DNA of 64,000 bases. Origin: the human T2T-CHM13v2.0 reference genome, Homo sapiens. The stretch lies in the NCBI RefSeq assembly GCF_009914755.1, contig NC_060937.1; one strand, 5' to 3'. A program made the translations under genes and the position numbers. Below, piece after piece: positions 29,201-44,200 of the stretch (positions within the stretch are counted from its first letter, which is position 1; the number at the start of each line of letters is the position of its first letter). The notes under the pieces are model-generated. The model was not told where the DNA came from. It ran no database searches and was given only the letters and a program-made list of their open reading frames with translations.

Positions 29201-32200
29201 ATATATTTTATTCTGTACATAAAATATCAAAGTACACCAAATATATATTCTATACAGTACATAAAATATCAAGGTACCCAAACTATACATTATATACTGT
29301 ACATAAGATATGAAATTACATCAAATATATATTATATTAGGTACATAAAATATGAAAGTACATCAAATATAGATTATATACTGTACATAAAATATCAAAG
29401 TACCCAAATATATATCATATACTGTACATGAAATATCAAAGTTCACAAACTATATATTATATACTGTACATAAAATATCAAAGTACCCAAACTATACATT
29501 ATATACTGTACATAAAATATGAAATTACATCAAATATATATTTTATTAGGTATGTAAAATATGAAAGTACATCAAATATAGATTATATACTGTACATAAA
29601 ATACCAAAGTACCCCAAATATATATTTTATACTGTACATGAAATATCAAAGTTCTCAAAGTATATATTATATAGTGCACATAAAATATCAAAGTACCCAA
29701 GGTATATATTCCATACTGTACAAAAATTATCAAAGTACCCAAAGCATATATTATATGCTGTACATAAAATATGAAAGTACATCAAATATATATTTTATTC
29801 TGTACATAAAATATCAAAGTATACCAAATATATATTCTATACTGTACATAAAATATCAAGGTACCCAAACTATACATTATATACTGTACATAAGATATGA
29901 AATTACATCAAATATATATTATATTAGGTACATAAAATATGAAAGTACATCAAATATAGATTATATACTGTACATAAAATATCAAAGTACCCAAATATAT
30001 ATCATATACTGTACATGAAATATCAAAGTTCACAAACTATATATTATATACTGTACATAAAATATCAAAGTACCCAAACTATACATTATATACTGTACAT
30101 AAAATATGAAATTACATCAAATATATATTTTATTAGGTATGTAAAATATGAAAGTACATCAAATATAGATTATATACTGTACATAAAATACCAAAGTACC
30201 CCAAATATATATTTTATACTGTACATGAAATATCAAAGTTCTCAAAGTATATATTATATAGTGCACATAAAATATCAAAGTACCCAAGGTATATATTCCA
30301 TACTGTACAAAAATTATCAAAGTACCCAAAGCATATATTATATGCTGTACATAAAATATGAAAGTACATCAAATATATATTTTATTCTGTACATAAAATA
30401 TCAAAGTACACCAAATATATATTCTATACTGTACATAAAATATCAAGGTACCCAAACTATACATTATATACTGTACATAAGATATGAAATTACATCAAAT
30501 ATATATTATATTAGGTACATAAAATATGAAAGTACATCAAATATAGATTATATACTGTACATAAAATATCAAAGTACCCAAATATATATCATATACTGTA
30601 CATGAAATATCAAAGTTCACAAACTATATATTATATACTGTACATAAAATATCAAAGTACCCAAACTATACATTATATACTGTACATAAAATATGAAATT
30701 ACATCAAATATATATTATATTAGGTATGTAAAATATGAAAGTACATCAAATATAGATTATATACTGTACATAAAATACCAAAGTACCCCAAATATATATT
30801 TTATACTGTACATGAAATATCAAAGTTCTCAAACTATATATTATATACTGCACATAAAATATCAAAGTACCCAAGGTATATATTCCATACTGTACAAAAA
30901 ATATCAAAGTACCCAAAGCATATATTATATGCTGTACATAAAATATGAAAGTACATCAAATATATATTTTATTCTGTATATAAAATATCAAAGTACACCA
31001 AATATATATTCTATACTGTACATAAAATATCAAGGTACCCAAACTATACATTATATACTGTACATAAAATATGAAATTACATCAAATATATATTATATTA
31101 GGTACATAAAATATGAAAGTACATCAAATATAGATTATATACTGTACATAAAATATGAAAGTACCCAAATATATATCATATACTGTACATGAAATATCAA
31201 AGTTCACAAACTATATATTATATACTGTACATAAAATATCAAAGTACCCAAACTATACATTATATACTGTACATAAAATATGAAATTACATCAAATATAT
31301 ATTATATTAGGTATGTAAAATATGAAAGTACATCAAATATAGATTATATACTGTACATAAAATACCAAAGTACCCCAAATATATATTTTATACTGTACAT
31401 GAAATATCAAAGTTATCAAACTATATATTATATAGTGCACATATAATATCAAAGTACCCAAGGTATATATTCCATACTGTACAAAAATTATCAAAGTACC
31501 CAAAGCATATATTATATGCTGTACATAAAATATGAAAGTACATCAAATATATATTTTATTCTGTACATAAAATATCAAAGTACACCAAATATATATTCTA
31601 TACTGTACATAAAATATCAAGGTACCCAAACTATACATTATATACTGTACATAAGATATGAAATTACATCAAATATATATTATATTAGGTACATAAAATA
31701 TGAAAGTACATCAAATATAGATTATATACTGTACATAAAATATCAAAGTACCCAAATATATATCATATACTGTACATGAAATATCAAAGTTCACAAACTA
31801 TATATTATATACTGTACATAAAATATCAAAGTACCCAAACTATACATTATATACTGTACATAAAATATGAAATTACATCAAATATATATTATATTAGGTA
31901 TGTAAAATATGAAAGTACATCAAATATAGATTATATACTGTACATAAAATACCAAAGTACCCCAAATATATATTTTATACTGTACATGAAATATCAAAGT
32001 TCTCAAACTATATATTATATACTGCACATAAAATATCAAAGTACCCAAGGTATATATTCCATACTGTACAAAAAATATCAAAGTACCCAAAGCATATATT
32101 ATATGCTGTACATAAAATATGAAAGTACATGAAATATATATTTTATTCTGTACATAAAATATCAAAGTACACCAAATATATATTCTATACTGTACATAAA

Positions 32201-35200
32201 ATATCAACGTACCCAAACTATACATTATATACTGTACATAAAATATGAAATTACATCAAATATATATTATATTAGGTACATAAAATATGAAAGTACATCA
32301 AATATAGATTATATACTGTACATAAAATCTCAAAGTACCCAAATATATATCATATACTGTACATGAAATATCAAAGTTCACAAACTATATATTATATACT
32401 GTACATAAAATATCAAAGTACCCAAACTATACATTATATACTGTACATAAAATATGAAATTACATCAAATATATATTTTATTAGGTATGTAAAATATGAA
32501 AGTACATCAAATATAGATTATATACTGTACATAAAATACCAAAGTACCCCAAATATATATTTTATACTGTACATGAAATATCAAAGTTCTCAAAGTATAT
32601 ATTATATAGTGCACATAAAATATCAAAGTACCCAAGGTATATATTCCATACTGTACAAAAATTATCAAAGTACCCAAAGCATATATTATATGCTGTACAT
32701 AAAATATGAAAGTACATCAAATATATATTTTATTCTGTACATAAAATATCAAAGTATACCAAATATATATTCTATACTGTACATAAAATATCAAGGTACC
32801 CAAACTATACATTATATACTGTACATAAGATATGAAATTACATCAAATATATATTATATTAGGTACATAAAATATGAAAGTACATCAAATATAGATTATA
32901 TACTGTACATAAAATATCAAAGTACCCAAATATATATCATATACTGTACATGAAATATCAAAGTTCACAAACTATATATTATATACTGTACATAAAATAT
33001 CAAAGTACCCAAACTATACATTATATACTGTACATAAAATATGAAATTACATCAAATATATATTATATTAGGTATGTAAAATATGAAAGTACATCAAATA
33101 TAGATTATATACTGTACATAAAATACCAAAGTACCCCAAATATATATTTTATACTGTACATGAAATATCAAAGTTCTCAAACTATATATTATATACTGCA
33201 CATAAAATATCAAAGTACCCAAGATATATATTCCATACTGTACAAAAAATATCAAAGTCCCCAAAGCATATATTATATGCTGTACATAAAATATGAAAGT
33301 ACATCAAATATATATTTTATTCTGTACATAAAATATCAAAGTACACCAAATATATATTCTATACTGTACATAAAATATCAAGGTAACCAAACTATACATT
33401 ATATACTGTACATAAAATATGAAATTACATCAAATATATATTATATTAGGTACATAAAATATGAAAGTACATCAAATATAGATTATATACTGTACATAAA
33501 ATATCAAAGTACCCAAATATATATCATATACTGTACATGAAATATCAAAGTTCACAAACTATATATTATATACTGTACATAAAATATCAAAGTACCCAAA
33601 CTATACATTATATACTGTACATAAAATATGAAATTTCATCAAATATATATTTTATTAGGTATGTAAAATATGAAAGTACATCAAATATAGATTATATACT
33701 GTACATAAAATACCAAAGTACCCCAAATATATATTTTATACTGTACATGAAATATCAAAGTTCTCAAACTATATATTATATAGTGCACATAAAATATCAA
33801 AGTACCCAAGGTATATATTCCATACTGTACAAAAATTATCAAAGTACCCAAAGCATATATTATATGCTGTACATAAAATATGAAAGTACATCAAATATAT
33901 ATTTTATTCTGTACATAAAATATCAAAGTACACCAAATATATATTCTATACAGTACATAAAATATCAAGGTACCCAAACTATACATTATATACTGTACAT
34001 AAGATATGAAATTACATCAAATATATATTATATTAGGTACATAAAATATGAAAGTACATCAAATATAGATTATATACTGTACATAAAATATCAAAGTACC
34101 CAAATATATATCATATACTGTACATGAAATATCAAAGTTCACAAACTATATATTATATACTGTACATAAAATATCAAAGTACCCAAACTATACATTATAT
34201 ACTGTACATAAAATATGAAATTACATCAAATATATATTATATTAGGTATGTAAAATATGAAAGTACATCAAATATAGATTATATACTGAACATAAAATAC
34301 CAAAGTACCCCAAATATATATTTTATACTGTACATGAAATATCAAAGTTCTCAAACTATATATTATATACTGCACATAAAATATCAAAGTACCCAAGGTA
34401 TATATTCCATACTGTACAAAAAATATCAAAGTACCCAAAGCATATATTATATGCTGTACATAAAATATGAAAGTACATCAAATATATATTTTATTCTGTA
34501 CATAAAATATCAAAGTACACCAAATATATATTCTATACTGTACATAAAATATCAACGTACCCAAACTATACATTATATACTGTACATAAAATATGAAATT
34601 ACATAAAATATATATTATATTAGGTACATAAAATATGAAAGTACATCAAATATAGATTATATACTGTACATAAAATATCAAAGTACCCAAATATATATCA
34701 TATACTGTACATGAAATATCAAAGTTCACAAACTATATATTATATACTGTACATAAAATATCAAAGTACCCAAACTATACATTATATACTGTACATAAAA
34801 GATGAAATTACATCAAATATATATTATATTAGGTATGTAAAATATGAGAGTACATCAAATATAGATTATATACTGTACATAAAATACCAAAGTACCCCAA
34901 ATATATATTTTATACTGTACATGAAATATCAAAGTTCTCAAACTATATATTATATACTGCACATAAAATATCAAAGTACCCACGGTATATATTCCATACT
35001 GTACAAAAAATATCAAAGTACCCAAAGCATATATTATATGCTGTACATAAAATATGAAAGTACATCAAATATATATTTTATTCTGTACATAAAATATCAA
35101 AGTACACCAAATATATATTCTATACTGTACATAAAATATCAAGGTACCCAAACTATACATTATATACTGTACATAAAATATGAAATTACATCAAATATAT

Positions 35201-35884
35201 ATTATATTAGGTACATAAAATATGAAAGTACATCAAATATAGATTATATACTGTACATAAAATATCAAAGTACCCAAATATATATCATATACTGTACATG
35301 AAATATCAAAGTTCACAAACTATATATTATATACTGTACATAAAATATCAAAGTACCCAAACTATACATTATATACTGTACATAAAATATGAAATTACAT
35401 CAAATATATATTTTATTAGGTATGTAAAATATGAAAGTACATCAAATATAGATTATATACTGTACATAAAATACCAAAGTACCCCAAATATATATTTTAT
35501 ACTGTACATGAAATATCAAAGTTCTCAAACTATATATTATATACTGCACATAAAATTTCAAAGTACCCAAGGTATATATTCCATACTGTACAAAAAATAT
35601 CAAAGTACCCAAAGCATATATTATATGCTGTACATAAAATATGAAAGTACATCAAATACATATTTCATTCTGTACATAAAATATCAAAGTACACCAAATA
35701 TATATTCTATACTGTACATAAAATAACAAGGTACCCAAACTATACATTATATACTGTACATAAAATATGAAATTACATCAAATATATATTATATTAGGTA
35801 CATAAAATATGAAAGTACATCAAATATAGATTATATACTGTACATAAAATATCAAAGTACCCAAATATATACCATATACTGTAC
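17101..35884 (+). repeat. Homogeneous run of 32 consecutive 587-bp 14-mer units
   Basis: Unit starts every 587 bp from 17101 to 35298, next start at 35885 (18784 = 32x587), with no net indel. Confidence 0.96.
22384..34123 (+). repeat. Nested duplications of 14-mer units (2348-bp, 4696-bp and 7044-bp offsets)
   Basis: Identical variant units: 24145/26493/31189, 23558/25906/30602, 24732/27080/31776, 28254/32950, 28841/33537, 22971/30015. Confidence 0.92.
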
Positions 35885-38290
35885 ATGAAATATCAAAGTT
35901 CACAAACTATATATTATATACTGTACATAAAATATCAAAGTACCCAAACTATACATTACATACTGTACATAAAATATGAAATTACATCAAATATATATTT
36001 TATTAGGTATGTAAAATATGAAAGTACATCAAATATAGATTATATACTGTACATAAAATACCAAAGTACCCCAAATATATATTTTATACTGTACATGAAA
36101 TATCAAAGTTCTCAAACTATATATTATATAGTGCACATGAAATATCAGAGTACCCAAGGTATATATTCCATACTGTACAAAAATTATCAAAGTACCCAAA
36201 GCATATATTATATGCTGTACATAAAATATGAAAGTACATCAAATATATATTTTATTCTGTACATAAAATATCAAAGTACACCAAATATATATTCTATACT
36301 GTACATAAAATATCCAGGTACCCAAACTATACATTATATACTGTACATAAGATATGAAATTACATCAAATATATATTATATTAGGTACATAAAATATGAA
36401 AGTACATCAAATATAGATTATATACTGTACATAAAATATCAAAGTACCCAAACTATACATTATATACTGTACATAAAATCTGAAATTACATCAAATATAT
36501 ATTATATTAGGTATGTAAAATATGAAAGTACATCAAATATAGATTATATACTGTACATAAAATACCAAAGTACCCCAAATATATATTTTATACTGTACAT
36601 GAAATATCAAAGTTCTCAAACTATATATTATATACTGCACATAAAATATCAAAGTACCCAAGGTATATATTCCATACTGTACAAAAAATATCAAAGTACC
36701 CAAAGCATTTATTATATGCTGTACATAAAATATGAAAGTACATCAAATATATATTTTATTCTGTACAAAAAATATCAAAGTACACCAAATATATATTCTA
36801 TACTGTACATAAAATATCAACGTACCCAAACTATACATTTTATACTGTACATAAAATATGAAATTATATCAAATATATATTATATTAGGTACATAAAATA
36901 TGAAAGTACATCAAATATAGATTATACACTGTACATAAAATATCAAAGTACCCAAATATATATCATATACTGTACATGAAATATCAAAGTTCACAAACTA
37001 TATATTTTATACTGTACATAAAATATCAAAGTACCCAAACTATACATTATATACTGAACATAAAAGATGAAATTACATAAAATATATATTATATTAGGTA
37101 TGTAAAATATGAGAGTACATCAAATATAGATTATATACTGTACATAAAATACCAAAGTACCCCAAATATATATTTTATACTGTACATGAAATATCAAAGT
37201 TCTCAAACTATATATTATATACTGCACATAAAATATCAAAGTACCCAAGGTATATATTCCATACTGTACAAAAAATATCAAAGTACCCAAAGCATATATT
37301 ATATGCTGTACATAAAATATGAAAGTACATCAAATATATATTTTATTCTGTACATAAAATATCAAAGTACACCAAATATATATTCTATACTGTACATAAA
37401 ATATCAACGTACCCAAACTATACATTATATACTGTACATAAAATATGAAATTACATCAAATATATATTATATTAGGTACATAAAATATGAAAGTACATCA
37501 AATATAGATTATATACTGTACATAAAATATCAAAGTACCCAAATATATATCATATACTGTACATGAAATATCAAAGTTCACAAACTATATATTATATACT
37601 GTACATAAAATATCAAAGTACCCAAACTATACATTATATACTGTAAATAAAATATGAAATTACATCAAATATATATTTTATTAGGTATGTAAAATATGAA
37701 AGTACATCAAATATAGATTATAGACTGTACATAAAATACCAAAGTACCCCAAATATATATTTTATACTGTACATGAAATATCAAAGTTCTCAAACTATAT
37801 ATTATATACTGCACATAAAATATCAAAGTACCCAAGGTATATATTCCATACTGTACAAAAAATATCAAAGTACCCAAAGCATATATTATATGCTGTACAT
37901 AAAATATGAAAGTACATCAAATATATACTTTATTCTGTTCATAAAATATCAAAGTACACCAAATATGTATTCTATACTGTACATAAAATATCAAGGTACC
38001 CAAACTATACATTATATACTGTACATAAAATATGAAATTACATCAAATATATATTATATTAGGTACATAAAATATGAAAGTACATCAAATATAGATTCTA
38101 TACTGTACATAAAATTTCAAAGTACCCAAATATATATCATATACTGTACATGAAATATGAAAGTTCACAAACTATATATTATATACTGTACATAAAATAT
38201 CAAAGTACCCAAACTATACATTATATACTGTACATAAAATATGAAATTACATCAAATATATATTATATTAGGTATGTAAAATATGAAAGT
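35885..38290 (+). repeat. 14-mer units including a 1091-bp fused 26-mer, leading into the 9-mer domain
   Basis: Unit starts at 35885, 36976, 37563, 38150. The first unit lacks the internal deleted-I and A monomers (1174-83 = 1091). Confidence 0.88.
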
Positions 38291-41200
38291 ACATCAAATA
38301 TAAATTATATACTGTACATAAAATACCAAAGTACCCCAAATATATAGTATATGCTGTACATGCAATATCAAAGTTCACAAACTATATATTATATATTGTA
38401 CATAAAATATCAAAGTACCCAAGGTATATATTCTATACTGTACAAAAAATATCAAAGTACCCAAAACATGTATTATGTACTGTACATAAAATATGAAAGT
38501 ACATCAAATATATATTTTATTCTGTACATAAAATATCAAAGTACACCAAATATATATTCTATAGTGTACATAAAATATCAAAGTACCCAAACTATACATT
38601 ATAAACTGTACATAAAATATGAAATTACATCAAATATATATTATATTAGGTACATAAAATATGAAAGTACATCAAATATAAATTATATACTGTACATAAA
38701 ATACCAAAGTACCCCAAATATATATTATATACTGTACATGAAAATCAAAGTTCACAAACTATATATTATATACTGTACATAAAATATCAAAGTACCCAAG
38801 GTATATATTCTATACTGTACAAAAAATATCAAAGTACTCAAAGCAAGTATTATATACTGTACATAAAATATGAAGGTACATCAAATATATATTTTATTCT
38901 GTACATAAAATATCAAAGTACACTAAATATATATTCTATAGTGTACATAAAATATCAAAATACCCAAACTATACATTATATACTGTACATAAAATATGAA
39001 ATTACATCAAATATATATTATATTAGGTACATAAAATATGAAAGTACATCAAATATAAATTATATACTGTACATAAAATACCAAAGTACCCCAAATACAT
39101 ATAATATACTGTACATGAAATATCAAAGTTCACAAACTATATATAATATACTGTACATAAAATATCAAAGTACCCAAGGTATATATTCTATACTGTATAA
39201 AAAATATCAAAGTACCCAAAGCAAGTATTATATACTGTACATAAAATATGAAAGTACATCAAATATATATTTTATTCTGTACATAAAATATCAAAGTACA
39301 CCAGATATATATTCTATAGTGTACATAAAATATCAAAGTACCCAAACTATACATTATATACTGTACATAAAATATGAAATTACATCAAATATATATTATA
39401 TTAGGTACATAAAATATGAAAGTACATCAAATATAAATTATATACTGTACATAAAATACCAAAGTACCCTAAATATATAGTATATGCTGTACATGCAATA
39501 TCAAAGTTCACAAACTATATATTATATACTGTACATAAAATATCAAAGTACCCAAGGTATATATTCCATACTCTACAAAAAATATCAAAGTACCCAAAGC
39601 ATGTATTATATACTGTTCATAAAATATGAAAGTACATCAAATATATATTTTATTCTGTACATAAAATATCAAAGTACACTAAATATATATTCTATAGTGT
39701 ACATAAAATATCAAAGTACCCAAACTATACATTATATACTGTACATAAAATATGAAATTACATCAAATAATATTATATTAGGTACATAAAATATGAAAGT
39801 ACATCAAATATAAATTATATACTGTACATAAAATATCAAAGTACCTCAAATATATATTATATACTGAACATGAAATATCAAAGTTCACAAACTATATATT
39901 ATATACTGTACATAAAATATCAAAATACCCCAGGTATATATTCTATACTGTACAAAAAATATAAAAGTACCCAAAACATGTATTATATACTGTACATAAA
40001 ATATGAAAGTACATCAAATATATATTTTATCCTGTACATAAAATATCAAAGTACACCAAATATATATTCTATAGTGTACATAAAATATCAAATTACCCAA
40101 ACTATACATTATATACTGTACATAAAATATGAAATTACATCAAATATATATTATATTAGGTACATAAAATATGAAAGTACATCAAATATAAATTATATAC
40201 TGTACATAAAATATCAAAGTACCTCAAATATATATTATATACTGTACATGAAATATCAAAGTTCACAAACTATATATTATATACTGTACATAAAATATCA
40301 AAGTACCCAAGGTATATATTCTATACTGTACAAAAAATATAAAAGCACCCAAAACATGTATTATATACTGTACATAAAATATGAAAGTACATCATATATA
40401 TATTTTATTCTGTAAATAAAATATCAAAGTACACCAAATATATATTCTATAGTGTACATAAAATATCAAAGTACCCAAACTATACATTATATACTGTACA
40501 TAAAATATGAAATTACATCAAATATATATTATATTAGGTACATAAAATATGAAAGTACATCAAATATAGATTATATACTGTACATAAAATATCAAAGTAC
40601 CCCAAATAAATATTTTATACTGTACATGCAATATCAAAGTTCACAAACTATATATTATATACTGTACATAAAATATCAAAGTACCGAAGGTATATATTCT
40701 ATACTGTACAAAAAATATCAAAGTACCCAAAGCATGTATTATATACTGTACATAAAATATGAAAGTACATCAAATATATATTTTATTCTGTACATAAAAT
40801 ATCAAAGTACACCAAATATATATTCTATAGTGTACATAAGATATAAAAGTACCCAAACTATATATTATATACTGTACATAAAATATGAAATTACATCAAA
40901 AATATATTATATTAGGTACATAAAATATGAAAGTACATCAAATATAAATTATATACAGTACATAAAAAATCAAAGTACCCCAAATATATATTATATACTG
41001 TACATGAAATATCAAAGTCCACAAACTATATATTATATATTGTACATAAAATATCAAAGTACCCAAGGTATATATTCTATACTGTACAAAAAATATCAAA
41101 GTACCCAAAGCATGTATTATATAGTGTATATAAAATATGAAAGTACATCAAATATATATTTAATTTTGTACATAAAATATCAAAGTACACCAAATATATA

Positions 41201-44200
41201 TTCTATACTGTACATAAAATATCAAAGTACCCAAACTATACATTATATACTGTACATAAAATATGAAATTACATCAAATATATATTATATTAGGTACATA
41301 AAATATGAAAGTACATCAAATACATATTATATACTGTACATAAAATACCAAATTACCCCAAATACATATTATATACTGTACATGAAATATCAAAGTTCAC
41401 AAACTATATATTATACACTGTACATAAAATATCAAAGTACCCAAGGTATATATTCTATTCTGTACAAAAAATATCAAAGTACGCAAAGCATGTATTATAT
41501 AGTGTACATAAAATATGAAAGTACATCAAATATATATTTTATTCTGTACGTAAAATATCAAAGTACACCAAATATATATTCTATAGTGTACATAAAATAT
41601 CAAAGTACCCAAACTATACATTATATACTGTACATAAAACATGAAATTACATCCAATATATATTATATTAGGTACATAAAATATGAAAGTACATCAAATA
41701 TAAATTATATACTGTACATAATATACCAAAGTACCCCAAATATATATTATATACAGTACATGAAATATCAAAGTTCACAAACTATATATTATATACTGTA
41801 CATAAAATATCAAAGTACACAAGGTATATATTCCATACTGTACAAAAAATATCAAAGTACCCAAAGCATGTATTATATACTGTTCAAAAAATATGAAATT
41901 ACATCAAATATATATTTTATTCTGTACATAAAATACCAAAGTACACCAAATATATATTCTATAGTGTACATAAAATATCAAATTACCCAAACTATACATT
42001 ATATACTGTACATAAAATATGAAATTACATCAAAAATATATTATATTAGGTACATAAAATATGAAAGTACATCAAATATAAATTATATACAGTACATAAA
42101 ATATCAAAGTACCCCAAATATATATTATATACTGTACATGAAATATCAAAGTCCACAAACTATATATTATATACTGTACATAAAATATCAAAGTACCCAA
42201 GGTATATATTCTATACTGTACAAAAAATATCAAAGTACCCAAAGCATGTATTATATACTGTTAATAAAATATGAAAGTACATCAAATATATATTTTATTC
42301 TGTACATAAAATATCAAAGTACACCAATTATATATTCTATAGTGTACATAAAATATCAAATTACCGAAACTATGCATTATATACTGTACATAAACTATGA
42401 AATTACATCAAATATATATTATATTAGGTACATAAAATATGAAAGTACATCAAATATAGATTGTATACTGTGCATAGAATACCAAAGTACCCCAAATACA
42501 TATTGCATACTGTACATGAAATATCAAAGTTCACAAACTATATTTTATATACTGTACATAAAATATCAAAGTACCCAAGGTATATATTCTATACTGTACA
42601 AAAAATATCAAAGTACCCAAAGCAAGTATTATATACTGTACATAAAATATGAAAGTACATCAAATGTGTATTTTATTCTGTACATATATCAAAGTACACC
42701 AAATATATATTCTATAGTGTACATAAAATATCAAAGTACCCAAACTATACATTATATACTGTACATAAAATATGAAATTACATCAAATATATACTATATT
42801 ATGTACAAAAAATATGAAAGTACATCAAATATAGATTATATACTGTACATAAAATACCAAAGTACCCCAAATAAATATTTTATACTGTACATGCAATATC
42901 AAAGTTCACAAACTATATATTATATACTGTACATAAAATATCAAAGTACCGAAGGTATATATTCTATACTGTACAAAAAATATCAAAGTACCCAAAGCAT
43001 GTATTATATACTGTACATAAAATATGAAAGTACATCAAATATATATTTTATTCTGTACATAAAATATCAAAGTACACCAAATATATATTCTATAGTGTAC
43101 ATAAAATATCAAAGTACCCAAACCATACATTATATACTGTACATAAAATATGAAATTACATCAAATATATATAATATTAGGTACATAAAATATGAAAGTA
43201 CATCAAATATAGATTATGTAGTGTACATAAAATACCAAAGTACCCCAAATATATATTATATACTGTACATGAAATATCAAAGTTCACAAACTATATATTA
43301 TATACTGTACATAAAATATCAAGGTACCCAAGTTATATATTCTATACTCTACAAAAAATATCAAAGTACCCAAAGCATGTATTATATACTGTACATAAAA
43401 TATGAAAGTACATCAAATATATATTTAATTCTGTACATAAAATATCAAAGTACACCAAATATATATTCTATAGTGTACATAAAATATCAAAGTACCCAAA
43501 CTATACATTATATACTGTACATAAAATATGAAATTACGTCAAATATATATTATATTATGTACATAAAATATGAAAGTACATCAAATATAGATTATATACT
43601 GTACATAAAATACCAAAGAACCGCAAAAATATATTATATACTGTACATGAAATATCAAAGTTCACAAACTATATATTATATACTGTACATAAAATATCAA
43701 AGTACCCAAGGTATATATTCTATACTGTACAAAAAATATCAAAGTACGCAAACCATGTATTATATAGTGTACATAAAATATGAAAGTACATCAAATATAT
43801 ATTTTATTCTGTACATAAAATATCAAAGTACACCAAATATATATTCTATAGTGTACATAAAATATCAAAGTACCCAAACTATACAGTATATACTGTACAT
43901 AAAATATGAAATTACATCAAATATATATTATATTAGGTACATAAAATATGAAAGTACATCAATATAAATTATATACTGTTCATAAAATACCAAAGTACCC
44001 CAAATATATATTATATACTGTACATGCAATATCAAAGTTCACAAACTATATATTATATACTGTACATAAAATATCAAAGTACCGAAGTTATATATTCTAT
44101 ACTGTACAAAAAATATCAAAGTACCCAAAGCATGTATTATATACTGTTCATAAAATATGAAAGTACATCAAATATATATTTTATTCTGTACATAAAATAT

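Noticed and set aside
71-35884. Chain of 196-aa ORFs with ATGA stop/start overlaps resembling a translationally coupled operon
   Set aside because: The overlap follows mechanically from the 1-bp deletion in the last monomer of each 587-bp unit. There are no ribosome-binding sites, and many copies carry premature stops.
40452-43967. 1171-aa Tyr/Ile/Lys-rich ORF
   Set aside because: It is the translation of in-frame 42-bp monomers whose consensus has no stop in one frame. Paralogous copies are broken at random by stops and indels, substitutions show no visible synonymous bias, and there is no recognisable domain.
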